A stretch of DNA of 64,000 nt from the NCBI RefSeq assembly GCF_017557435.1, contig NZ_JAFYYR010000021.1. One strand, given 5' to 3'. Below, piece by piece: positions 45,363 to 54,976 of the stretch (position 1 is its first letter; every line of letters starts with the position of its first letter). The stretch comes from Pseudobutyrivibrio sp. Lineage in GTDB: Bacteria; Bacillota; Clostridia; Lachnospirales; Lachnospiraceae. The notes under the pieces were generated by a model that was not told where the DNA came from, ran no database searches, and saw nothing but the letters and a program-made list of their open reading frames with translations. The position numbers and the translations under genes are program-made.

Positions 45363-48296
45363 TTATGCCTCTTCTACTTGAGGTTCAATTTCTTTTTTAA
45401 GCTTAAGATACTTCTTAATTGCTCTGTAGCAAAGGAATGCAAGAAGTGCAATTAATACTACATCAACTGCGTATACAATCTTAACCCACGTAGGCTTGCC
45501 TGAGATAACTTCCTTCTCATAAGCACGGCTGTTAACAACTGTGTAGAGAATGTTCTTTGAAGCCTGTCTCATAGCGACTACAGATGTAGCTGATGTCTGA
45601 TCAGTTACTGTAGACTGTGGAGTCTCATATGTTGCAAGCATAAGGTCGCAACCATTTCTAATCATTCTGTCAGAATCCTGATATCCGTATCCACCAAAGT
45701 AATCTGTCTCTGCAAGACCTCTGAATCCCCACTCATCGCGAAGTACTGTGTTAAGAAGTGGTGAGCAAGCCTCAGCTGGGATAGTACCAATATTGTTGAA
45801 TGCTACCATTGTTGCAGCTGGGTTAGAGTTCTTAAATGTGATTTCAAATGACTTTAAGTAAACCTCACGGAGCGACTGCTCATTAAGCCATGTGCAGAGG
45901 AATCCTGTACGGTTTGTCTCCTGATCATTTGTAGCAAAGTGCTTAACGTATGAATATACGCCATGCTCTCTTGCACCATTTACAGCACTAGCACACATCC
46001 AACCTGCAAGAACTCCATCCTCTGAGTAGTACTCAAAGTTACGTCCTGCAAATGCAGATCTATGTGTATTTGTTGCTGGTGCATACCATCCAGATACATC
46101 CATCTCATCTGCCATCTGGCCGATTGAATTACCAAATGCAAATGCTAAATCCTTGTTCCATGTGCAGGCAATCATAACTGCTGCTGGGAATCCGATAGAA
46201 CCCTGTCCAGTAAAGTTGTTATTAATAGAAGCAGGACCATCGCAATCGTATGTCATTACCTTGCCGATTGAATCAACTGCTGATGTCTCGTAACCACCAA
46301 GTGCGATAAGTGTATTCATATCAGAAACTGTAAGCTCATCAAGAAGCTCATCCCACTTAGCATCATCATAATCAACACCACGAAGCTCTGCCAACTTAAC
46401 TCCGTTGTCAGCACCTGTTGTAGGCATTACATCAGAATCATTGTTGTAAGCTGTTGGGTCGTAATTTGTCTCATTGAAATATGTAGCCTTAAGCTCATCT
46501 CCCATCTCAAATGATGTAGGAGCTGCTGTAGCCTCATCATAGTTTGCAAATCCATCTGCTCTTGAAAGGTATGTGAAATTCTCACCCTTTGCAAAATCAA
46601 ACTGATTTGTAGCTACTACCTGATCAGACTCACGCTTGTTTGACTCATTATAAACAACCTTTGAAGCTACATTTACATTATCTGTAGCAATCTTGTTATG
46701 AGAATCTGAATTGATAGAAATCTCATAATCGCCAGCATCAAGTACGTAGCAGCCTTCGCCATCTGCATCATAAGATGCCATATCTTCTACTGCAAATGAA
46801 ACATTTACTGTCTCAGACTTACCTGGCTCAATTACACCAGTCTTTTCAAATGCAACAAGATTTGCTGCTGACTTTTCAATTCCACCGTTTGTGTATGGAG
46901 GATTGAAGTATACCTGAACTACATCCTTACCAGCCACATCACCTGTGTTAGTTACTGTTACATCAAATGAAACTGTCTTGCCATCATTTGAGATTGCTCC
47001 CATTTCCTGGCTAAATGTTGTATATGATAAGCCATAACCAAATGGATATACAACCTGTGAATCATAATCAAATTCCATATTGCCAGCCTGTGCTTCTGCG
47101 TAAGCTGTCTCATAGAATCTGTATCCAACGTAGATACCCTCTACATAGTTTACAAATGTAGGATATGACATACCGCCTTCAGCGAACATGTTCTCATATC
47201 CAAACTCAGACATGTTTGTGTAATCAAAATCACCAAAGTTGTTTGTTGTTGGTGTTGCAAGCAAGTCTGCCACGAAAGTATCAGCAGTCTTACCAGAAGG
47301 GTTAACCTGACCTGCGAGGATTTCGCCAAGTCCATCGAAACCAGTCTGACCTGTACCTGGGCAATATACTACTGACTTAATCTGTGAATAGTCGTTTACA
47401 AAGCCAAGCTCCATAGCATTAGCTGAATTAACAACAACTACTACTTTATCAAAATTAGCTGTTACTTCATCAAGAAGTGCCTGCTCTCTGTTTGTAAGCT
47501 CAAGATATGACTTAGAAGCATCCAAATCATCTTCATACTCAGAATAACGAACACCAGTAACACCAAACATTCCTGAACCATCATCATGGAATGTATCCTC
47601 ACCATCGTATGCCATTGGAAGATCGGCACCTTCACCACCTGAACGAGCGATGAAGAAAATAGCTGTATCAGAGAAATTCTTAGCGTCTGTAATAAGGCTG
47701 CCATACTCTGAAAGCTGTGGCTCTGGAACTGTCCAATCCTGTCCCATCATACCTACTGTTGGTCTTGTATCTCTCCAACCTGTGTAGAAATCTACAAGCT
47801 CCTGATTGTACTCAATACCCGCATTCTTTAATCCTGTAAGAAAATCAACTGTCTCATATGCTGCTGAAAGAGCACCCGAACCTGTTCCACCATAGATTGG
47901 ATTAGTAGATGACCATCCAAATACATTTACCTTTGTTCCTTCTGCAAATGGAAGAGCACTTTCTTCATTTTTCAAAAGAACAATACCCTCTTCTGCAATT
48001 TCTGTACATAAAGCCTGGGCTTCATCAATAGACTTGCCTGAAATCTTTCCACCGCCCATTGCCATGTTTACCATTGAGTAAAGTGGCGAAAGCAAAATGT
48101 TTGAAACAACAAGTACAAGTGTAAGTGCAAAAGCTATCCATGAACCCTTTCTAATGAGCCCACGAAGTGGCTTTTTCACCTTTAAAACTGCGATAGTAAT
48201 AATAATCGCAAGTGCAAGTACCACGCCTAAAATAATAAGCTGTGGCTGAATCTGTTGGAGGACCGCCTTCACGTCCTCAGGATTGATACCTAACAT
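45363..48296 (-). CDS. GH3 beta-glucosidase-like enzyme anchored by two N-terminal and one C-terminal TM helices
   Basis: 977 aa. GH3 blocks (KHFATNDQE, RGLAETDYFGG nucleophile region, Fn3-like SETVNVSF). TM segments at ~20-40, ~50-72 and ~935-955. Confidence 0.88.
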   Translation of the reverse strand: MLGINPEDVKAVLQQIQPQLIILGVVLALAIIITIAVLKVKKPLRGLIRKGSWIAFALTLVLVVSNILLSPLYSMVNMAMGGGKISGKSIDEAQALCTEIAEEGIVLLKNEESALPFAEGTKVNVFGWSSTNPIYGGTGSGALSAAYETVDFLTGLKNAGIEYNQELVDFYTGWRDTRPTVGMMGQDWTVPEPQLSEYGSLITDAKNFSDTAIFFIARSGGEGADLPMAYDGEDTFHDDGSGMFGVTGVRYSEYEDDLDASKSYLELTNREQALLDEVTANFDKVVVVVNSANAMELGFVNDYSQIKSVVYCPGTGQTGFDGLGEILAGQVNPSGKTADTFVADLLATPTTNNFGDFDYTNMSEFGYENMFAEGGMSYPTFVNYVEGIYVGYRFYETAYAEAQAGNMEFDYDSQVVYPFGYGLSYTTFSQEMGAISNDGKTVSFDVTVTNTGDVAGKDVVQVYFNPPYTNGGIEKSAANLVAFEKTGVIEPGKSETVNVSFAVEDMASYDADGEGCYVLDAGDYEISINSDSHNKIATDNVNVASKVVYNESNKRESDQVVATNQFDFAKGENFTYLSRADGFANYDEATAAPTSFEMGDELKATYFNETNYDPTAYNNDSDVMPTTGADNGVKLAELRGVDYDDAKWDELLDELTVSDMNTLIALGGYETSAVDSIGKVMTYDCDGPASINNNFTGQGSIGFPAAVMIACTWNKDLAFAFGNSIGQMADEMDVSGWYAPATNTHRSAFAGRNFEYYSEDGVLAGWMCASAVNGAREHGVYSYVKHFATNDQETNRTGFLCTWLNEQSLREVYLKSFEITFKNSNPAATMVAFNNIGTIPAEACSPLLNTVLRDEWGFRGLAETDYFGGYGYQDSDRMIRNGCDLMLATYETPQSTVTDQTSATSVVAMRQASKNILYTVVNSRAYEKEVISGKPTWVKIVYAVDVVLIALLAFLCYRAIKKYLKLKKEIEPQVEEA

Positions 48297-48319
48297 CTCT
48301 CTTCTCCTTCCTTCTCTCC

Positions 48320-48403
48320 GCTGGTTACGGCTACAAGCCTTGAAGTCTCTTCCGATGACTAAACGTCATCTTCCAGAGACTCAAGAGCTTGATGCCTACC
48401 AGC
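48320..48403 (-). repeat. Hairpin repeat, copy 4 (23 nt upstream of membrane GH3 ATG)
   Basis: GCTGGTTACGGCTACAAGCCTTGAAG...CTCAAGAGCTTGATGCCTACCAGC. Apex GATGACTAAACGTCATC. Confidence 0.85.
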
Positions 48404-48513
48404 TCCTGTATATACCAGTCAGTAGTAGACAATCTCTTAGATTTCTTAAGCGAATCGTGTTAGATGAGCGAAGAAATACTAAGGATTGTCGACGTAACTG
48501 ACGGAATACCATA

Positions 48514-48545
48514 TGTTAGTGTCATTTCGTTTGTTAGTGTCACTT
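48514..48545. promoter_or_regulatory. Direct repeat TGTTAGTGTCA(T/C)TT x2 with 18-bp period, upstream of the membrane GH3 gene
   Basis: 48514-48527 and 32-45 of the same hundred (48532-48545) match 13/14. Overlaps the GtrA stop codon. Confidence 0.4.
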
Positions 48546-49092
48546 AGTCTCTTGGTGTCTCTGGGAAAATAATCTTGTTCACGAAGAAGAAGACTATCAT
48601 TGAAACACCGCCGTTTAATACTGTTGTTCCGATGTTGTATACAAATGGAGCAACAAATTTGCCTGCAACTGCAACCCAGATACAATTAATTGAGTTTACG
48701 ATGCAAGTGATAATAATAAATGCGACTATATACCATGCTATCTGCTTGCCTGGCTTGTCATGGTTGCGGAAAACAAACAATTTCTGAATTGGGAAATTGA
48801 TACATTCACCAATTACCATTGCAATCATATAAGCTGTAAAATATGCCAATCCGCCATGGGCTTGGTCATAGCCTAATATGTTCCACTGGAATGTCTCTCC
48901 AGCGATTGTAAGGGGTATTCCCGGCCATCCAAATGACCTGTCACCCATAAAAGCAAATGCTGCAGGTAAAAATGTAAGAAGTAAGTACTTGAAGACTGTA
49001 ATCAAGTTACTAACAATTACAAACAAACCGCCTTCTCGAACCCACTTTGCTACAGCAGGATGCTTCTCTACAAAATCCTTCCAAAATTTCAT
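48544..49092 (-). CDS. GtrA-family membrane protein
   Basis: 182 aa, 4 TM. VREGGLFVIVSNLITVFKYLLLTFL is a GtrA-like start. Confidence 0.75.
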   Translation of the reverse strand: MKFWKDFVEKHPAVAKWVREGGLFVIVSNLITVFKYLLLTFLPAAFAFMGDRSFGWPGIPLTIAGETFQWNILGYDQAHGGLAYFTAYMIAMVIGECINFPIQKLFVFRNHDKPGKQIAWYIVAFIIITCIVNSINCIWVAVAGKFVAPFVYNIGTTVLNGGVSMIVFFFVNKIIFPETPRD

Positions 49093-49125
49093 TTTTACTC
49101 CTTCACTAATCCGTATTTACGGTAA

Positions 49126-51486
49126 CTACTCCACATGATTAAGGTGTGCTTCGTATTTCTTGTTAGCACGGCGGTTCTTGAAGAAGCCACCGATTACACC
49201 ACCAAGTCCTCTGAAGAAATGTCCATTTGCTATTGTCACAATGCTCTCAGCCATATCTCGTGATACTGCTCCGGCTGTCATCTTGCTCATAGCTCTAAAT
49301 GGCATGTTGTAAATAAACATTGTGTTCAGATCTGGGATACCCTTCTCGTATGATTTATCAAGGTTATTTTTCAATATCCTGTAAACCAATCTGCAAAGTC
49401 CGCTCTTAGCATCCTTCATCTGGCAAAGGGCATCATTAATATCAAGTGGACCTACCTTTTCCTCAGGAAGTGGTCTAGCATAAAGCTTTTCGAATTCCTC
49501 ATAGTGAACATTTCTTACCTTGCCACTCTTATAGCTTGGCAAATCATCTATGTCGTAAGGTAACTCTGTGATAGTTCCTTCCTTTGAAACTGTGCCAGTA
49601 AGCTTAATATCAGCTACATTTGCTCCAACGTAAATCTGATACTCTCCTGCCTCAATCTCCCACTTGTTAGAAACAGTTGAGAAATAACGGAAGGTCTTGT
49701 CATCAAATGGAATCTCTACTTCTGCAGACTCACCAGCCTTAATCCATACCTTCTTAAATCCCTTAAGCTCTTTCTTAGGGCGGATAAGACCTGTCTCTTC
49801 CTTGCCCACATATAGCTGAGCAATCTCTGCACCGTCACACTTTCCAGTATTTGTTATGGTAAATTTCACTCCACTATCAGTTACTGTTAAGTTGCTGTAA
49901 GCAAATGTTGTATAGCTAAGTCCAAATCCAAATGGGAACTGAACTGCCACATCTGCTGTATCGTAATAGCGATATCCGATAAATGGTCCCTCGCGATACT
50001 GAAGATTTCTCTTTTCTGTATCTGCGTAATTAACAATTGAACAATCAGCATAGGCAAATGGATATGACTCTGAAAGCTTTCCTGTAGGAATTTCCTTTCC
50101 AGTAATAAGATCAAGAAGTGCTGATGCGCCTGCCTGACCTGTAAGGTATCCATGAAGCAATGCCTGAAGGTTATCAAGCCATGGCATCTTTACAGAAGAA
50201 CCTGCGCTCATTACACCTACAATATGCTTGTTAAATACTGTAAGGTTTTCAAGTTCCTTAATCTGATACTCAGGAACATCGATAGACATTCTATCTGCTC
50301 CTTCGCTTTCAGCGATTTCATCCAGACCAAAGAAGAAAAGCACTACATCTGCTGCCTCTGGATTGTCTTCAATCACAAGGTCATACTTTTTAACTTCCTC
50401 TGCGATTGTCTCTACCTTTGTAGAATTAACTTGTGAACTGCCTGACCCCTGATAACGAGGCTTATCCACAAATGGTCCCCTCAAACAGACCTTTGTTCCC
50501 GCCTTAAGCGGAAGAATGTCTTCATCATTCTTAAGAAGCACTGCAGAATTAACTGCTGCTTTTTTAGCTATAGCATGATGAGCATCCTTATCAAATCCCT
50601 TATTATGATCATTTTCCTTAAAGTAGATAGCTGCCTCTATAATTGGAAGAATTGCTTTATCGATTTCCTCTTCAGTGATTCTTCCCTCACCCTCAGTAAC
50701 TGCTTTTATAATTTCTCTTGCAGAATCAAGTCCTGGGTTTGGCATCTCCACATTTGACTGACACTTTACACCTGCAACATGGTCATTGCTTGCGCCCCAG
50801 TCAGTTACAACAAGGCCGTCAAATCCCCACTCATTTCTTAAAATATCCACAAGAAGATGGTCGTTTTCATTGGCATACTTTCCATTTACCTCGTTGTAGG
50901 CTGACATGATTGTCTTAGCCCCACCTTCTTTTACAGCAATTTCAAATGCTGTAAGGTAAATCTCTCGAAGAGTTCTCTCATCCACAACTGCATTCATTGC
51001 CATTCGACGATACTCTCTTGAGTTAACAGCAAAATGCTTTGGACAAGAATATACGTGCTTGCTCTGAATTCCCCTTACATAAGATGCAGCCATCTTACCT
51101 GCTAAGATAGGATCTTCAGAAAAGTACTCGAAGTTTCTACCACAAAGAGGTGAACGCTTCATATTAAGTCCTGGTCCCAAAAGTACATCTACCTTCTGAG
51201 CTAATGCCTCTTCACCAAGCGCCTCACCGATTTCTTCTCCAAGCTTTTCATCCCAGCTGTTAGCAACTGTTGCTGCTGTTGGGAAGCATGTTGCTGGAAG
51301 TGAAGCATTAAGACCTAGGTGGTCTCCCGCTCCTTCCTGTCGTCTAAGACCGTGAGGTCCATCAGAGAAAGAAATTGACTGGATATCAAGTCGTGGGATA
51401 TCTCTTGTTTCCCACTCATTTTTTCCGCTTAATAGAGCAGCTTTCTCAACTAAAGTAAGCTGTGCAATTATTTCTTTTGCGTTCAT
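49126..51486 (-). CDS. GH3 beta-glucosidase (BglX-like, cytoplasmic)
   Basis: 786 aa. SFSDGPHGLR, CPKHFAVNS, nucleophile GLVVTDWGA, Fn3-like C-domain. Confidence 0.92.
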   Translation of the reverse strand: MNAKEIIAQLTLVEKAALLSGKNEWETRDIPRLDIQSISFSDGPHGLRRQEGAGDHLGLNASLPATCFPTAATVANSWDEKLGEEIGEALGEEALAQKVDVLLGPGLNMKRSPLCGRNFEYFSEDPILAGKMAASYVRGIQSKHVYSCPKHFAVNSREYRRMAMNAVVDERTLREIYLTAFEIAVKEGGAKTIMSAYNEVNGKYANENDHLLVDILRNEWGFDGLVVTDWGASNDHVAGVKCQSNVEMPNPGLDSAREIIKAVTEGEGRITEEEIDKAILPIIEAAIYFKENDHNKGFDKDAHHAIAKKAAVNSAVLLKNDEDILPLKAGTKVCLRGPFVDKPRYQGSGSSQVNSTKVETIAEEVKKYDLVIEDNPEAADVVLFFFGLDEIAESEGADRMSIDVPEYQIKELENLTVFNKHIVGVMSAGSSVKMPWLDNLQALLHGYLTGQAGASALLDLITGKEIPTGKLSESYPFAYADCSIVNYADTEKRNLQYREGPFIGYRYYDTADVAVQFPFGFGLSYTTFAYSNLTVTDSGVKFTITNTGKCDGAEIAQLYVGKEETGLIRPKKELKGFKKVWIKAGESAEVEIPFDDKTFRYFSTVSNKWEIEAGEYQIYVGANVADIKLTGTVSKEGTITELPYDIDDLPSYKSGKVRNVHYEEFEKLYARPLPEEKVGPLDINDALCQMKDAKSGLCRLVYRILKNNLDKSYEKGIPDLNTMFIYNMPFRAMSKMTAGAVSRDMAESIVTIANGHFFRGLGGVIGGFFKNRRANKKYEAHLNHVE

Positions 51487-51549
51487 TTAATTCCTCCGTT
51501 AGTTCCATACATATTAAACATACGCTTGAGAATAATTTAGCACGGGGTC

Positions 51550-51578
51550 AAAAAAAAAGTTGCCCCGAAGGACAACTT
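51550..51578 (-). terminator. Terminator-like hairpin plus U9 in the leader of the cytoplasmic GH3 gene
   Basis: AAGTTGTCC-TTCG-GGGCAACTT followed by T9 on the minus strand, ~65 nt upstream of ATG 51486. Confidence 0.6.
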
Positions 51579-51633
51579 GTAAAAAATCAAGGATAACTTG
51601 CAATATAAAATTTGTTAAGTGCTTTAGTACTGG

Positions 51634-51655
51634 GAAAGAAGTCTGAAAGACTTCC
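51634..51655 (-). terminator. Weak terminator after the histidine kinase gene
   Basis: GAAGTCT-TTC-AGACTTC then only TTT. Confidence 0.4.
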
Positions 51656-51691
51656 ATTATGAATGAGGGTGGAGGAACTGTGAATAGTAAC

Positions 51692-53050
51692 TTAAAATTT
51701 TGTCGCCAGCAGCACTTTCACCTTAAACCAACCATCTTCATATGAACAATTCATTGCTCCGCCGTACTTTTCCGCCACCTGAGCAATGGATTTAAGTCCA
51801 AAGCCATGCTTAACATTATCTTTTTTGGTGGTGTGAGGGAGATTATCTTTTATGAATCTCCGTCTAGTATGGCTAGAACGAAGTCTTACATTGGCACTGT
51901 CTGAACAGTTCTCGCACTCTACAATAATAAACTGATTTCGCCTTCTAACTGAAAGGGTGATAATTCTCTTCTCCTCATCCTCCAGCTGCTGTGTGGCTTC
52001 TATGGCATTGTCTAGAATATTACCAAACAAAGAACAAATATCCTTTACGTGAATATCAGCCAGCAAATCTCCATCTATCATGGCATTTAAAGTTATTTTC
52101 TTTTTCTGGCACTGAAGACTCTTTGTGGTGAGAATTACATCAAGGACCTTGTTGCCAGTATTCATAAATGATTCCTGAATGGCGATAGCCTGTTCCATAT
52201 CGTCTAGAACTTCCGCTCTCTTTTCAGGATTATCCTCGTTTTTAAGAGCCATAACATAATGCTTCATATCATGCATTTCCTTGCGAAGAGCCTCAGAATT
52301 ATCTACCGCAAGCTTGTACTGCTCGTACTGCTTCTGGAAAAGCTGGTTAATCTCATTACTTTCATTTTTCAGAGTAAGCTCATTTCTTCGACCCATCTGA
52401 GTCATAAGCATAAGCATGCCTCCGAAATCAACTAAAGTTCTAACATACAGCATATTTTCTGTAGCTGAAAATGGTGTACGGGTATTAACAAAGCTTATGT
52501 TTGACATAATAAAGGCACCAATACCTGTTGCAAGTACACTTATAAGCTCTCTGTTATTAATATTGATATTTCTGTCTGGAGCAATATTGCCCTTCTCAAT
52601 CCTGTAGTAAAGCATGTAGGTCAGGGCAAAGACAATAACCATAATGACAAACGAAGAAATAAAACCATCCCTGCCTGTAATGGCCACAAACCATACAAAG
52701 AGCTGCTTGTATAAGCTGGCTGCAAACTCAGCTAAAACAAATGCATGGGTAGTGATAACTCCACAGTCTTTTGGCTTAATCTCTAGGACAAAATAAAGAG
52801 ATGCATACATGAGTCCTACTGCGCCTATCATTGTAGGAATCCAGAAACTAAGTGGCAAAATACCTGCCACGAACTGAAAAGCCCCAATCAAGATAAAGGT
52901 GAATATGCATTGAAAAACAAACACCTTATCATGATGGCGTCTTTTATAGATATTGAAATAAACAAAAACCGCCAGCCATTCAGCTATAGCGGTAAATAAT
53001 CTAGGTGTGTCCTGCAAATTAGCAGGGGTTAAAAAAGCTGTAAAATCCAT
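51692..53050 (-). CDS. Membrane sensor histidine kinase, AgrC/LytS-like GHKL type (partner of LytTR regulator)
   Basis: 452 aa. 6 N-terminal TM, coiled linker, phospho-His region (EMHDMKHYV), ATPase block NILDNAIEA ... KHGFGLKSI. Confidence 0.85.
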   Translation of the reverse strand: MDFTAFLTPANLQDTPRLFTAIAEWLAVFVYFNIYKRRHHDKVFVFQCIFTFILIGAFQFVAGILPLSFWIPTMIGAVGLMYASLYFVLEIKPKDCGVITTHAFVLAEFAASLYKQLFVWFVAITGRDGFISSFVIMVIVFALTYMLYYRIEKGNIAPDRNININNRELISVLATGIGAFIMSNISFVNTRTPFSATENMLYVRTLVDFGGMLMLMTQMGRRNELTLKNESNEINQLFQKQYEQYKLAVDNSEALRKEMHDMKHYVMALKNEDNPEKRAEVLDDMEQAIAIQESFMNTGNKVLDVILTTKSLQCQKKKITLNAMIDGDLLADIHVKDICSLFGNILDNAIEATQQLEDEEKRIITLSVRRRNQFIIVECENCSDSANVRLRSSHTRRRFIKDNLPHTTKKDNVKHGFGLKSIAQVAEKYGGAMNCSYEDGWFKVKVLLATKF

Positions 53051-53072
53051 AGAACTTAACCTCTTACCATTT

Positions 53073-53777
53073 TTATAAAATATCCTCAGTCAGTGCAGCC
53101 ATAAATTCCTTTTTCTTGGCTCTACTGATTGGTAGTATCACCCCAGAAGTAAGTATTACCTCTTCCTTCTGTACTGCCTCTACACAAGATAAATTGATAA
53201 GATATGCATTGTGGCACTTACTAAATCCATGACTAAGTAGCATTTCCTCAAATCGCTTTAAAGGTCCTGCCGTAACGTAATCCTGGTCCTTACAGTGAAT
53301 AATCACATTATTTCGCTGGCTCTCTATGAAATAAATGCTATCGCAATCTAGCTTTAACTGCTTGTCATCAACAGATACTTTTACATATACATGCTTCTGC
53401 TTAGCCTTAACTCGCACAATTGCTTTATCAAAAAGCTGTTCAAACTGAGCGTATGGTACTGGCTTTAACACGTAGCCAAGTGCATCCACAGAGTAGCCCT
53501 GAACCGCATACTGGACTGTAGACGTAATAAAAATAATAATTACGTCAGGATCCACCTTGCGAATCTTCTCGGCAGCTGCCATTCCATCCAAATGCCTCAT
53601 CTGTATATCCAGCAAAATAATATCAAACTGACCATCATAGTCATCTACTAAATCTACTCCATCAGGCAAATAATGGATGGAAAACTGCTCATTATTATTA
53701 GCACTATACTTTTCAATATAGCTCTTAAGCAAATTAGCTTGTTCTAATTCATCTTCTACAATACATACATTAATCAT
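53073..53777 (-). CDS. LytR/AlgR-family response regulator (REC + LytTR DNA-binding domain)
   Basis: MINVCIVEDE...FDIILLDIQM (REC). IYFIESQRNNVIIHCKDQDY...HNAYLINL (LytTR). Start uncertain, since the track TTG at 53795 is also possible and neither has a clear SD. Confidence 0.88.
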   Translation of the reverse strand: MINVCIVEDELEQANLLKSYIEKYSANNNEQFSIHYLPDGVDLVDDYDGQFDIILLDIQMRHLDGMAAAEKIRKVDPDVIIIFITSTVQYAVQGYSVDALGYVLKPVPYAQFEQLFDKAIVRVKAKQKHVYVKVSVDDKQLKLDCDSIYFIESQRNNVIIHCKDQDYVTAGPLKRFEEMLLSHGFSKCHNAYLINLSCVEAVQKEEVILTSGVILPISRAKKKEFMAALTEDIL

Positions 53778-53867
53778 GGTTATAAAATAACTCAAAATTA
53801 AATCACGCGCAAGTAAACATGTGCCGCGCCTACTTTATGTGTTGAAGTTCTATTCTTTATAAATGGC

Positions 53868-54881
53868 TTATCTATCAGCTTCATCTACAGAAGTTCCCTT
53901 TATAGTCTCAAAAGGAACTTTAACAGAGCCATCAAATGTAAAGCCTACTTTAATCTGCCAAACACCTGATTCCTGTAAAGCCTTAGCCTCATCAATAAGC
54001 CCAGGATTGTCTGAGCAATCTATTGTAAGGAAGTGGTCGAAGTATGCATTGCCAGCAGTGTAATCATCACCATAAGGATACTCAAGATAAATCCAATTGT
54101 TTGTCAAATCGTAATCTAAAATATCACCATACACATAATGTGTCTTGTTGTCTGCTTCAAGCGACTCAGTTGTCTCCGTCTTCTCTAAAGAAACTACATT
54201 GTAACCATCAAAACAGCTATATGGATCCTTCTTAAGTACAACCTTTACATCAAATGCATGGTCAGGGTCACCTGATTCAGAAGCTGCTATTTCTTCATAC
54301 TTAGAATATTTAACAGTGATTTCTACTGTGTCATCTTCCTTTTCATATTTATCAACTGTATATGAGTCTATCTCACCTATACCAAATCCACTAGAAGCCT
54401 GACTCAAATCTACTCCATCATCAAACTCAATATATGTGCCTGTAAGAGAATACTGGGCATATTCTACCTGCTCCTTAGACATGAATCCATCAGAGTTCTC
54501 TCCAACATAATTCATATAGTCAAATGAAAACCAGCTATTCTGAAGATATGAATTAATAAACGAATCCTTCCAATTCTGGTCATCTGCTAGCTTGCTATTA
54601 TCCCATTTTCCATCTTCATAATCAGGATATATAAGGTTTGTAAGACCCGCCTTAAGGTTCTCACCCATTTCAAACTCATCACCATATTCTACTGGTTTTA
54701 TGCCAAGAGCGTCATAATCAAAGAGTGCCTCTTCTTCCTTTTCCTCTTCTGGTTTAGCTTCTTCTTTTGAATCATCAGTTGCCTCTACAGTAGGCTCTAC
54801 CACTTCAGGAGCCTCCTCTTTTGCACAACCTGCAAATACCATAGATGAAAGCAATAAAACTGCTACCATTTTCTTTTTCAT
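53868..54881 (-). CDS. Lipoprotein of unknown function with acidic linker
   Basis: 337 aa. Signal peptide plus lipobox MVFAGC. AGGAGGA SD. TTGCGT-N17-TGTAAAAT promoter at 54943-54971. Confidence 0.8.
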   Translation of the reverse strand: MKKKMVAVLLLSSMVFAGCAKEEAPEVVEPTVEATDDSKEEAKPEEEKEEEALFDYDALGIKPVEYGDEFEMGENLKAGLTNLIYPDYEDGKWDNSKLADDQNWKDSFINSYLQNSWFSFDYMNYVGENSDGFMSKEQVEYAQYSLTGTYIEFDDGVDLSQASSGFGIGEIDSYTVDKYEKEDDTVEITVKYSKYEEIAASESGDPDHAFDVKVVLKKDPYSCFDGYNVVSLEKTETTESLEADNKTHYVYGDILDYDLTNNWIYLEYPYGDDYTAGNAYFDHFLTIDCSDNPGLIDEAKALQESGVWQIKVGFTFDGSVKVPFETIKGTSVDEADR

Positions 54882-54976
54882 AAACTATTCCTCCTATATA
54901 AAAAGTAAATTATCCCTATTAATTCTCATTACTCTTTATATCATTTTACACTTTGTTGCAAAATTACGCAAAAAAT

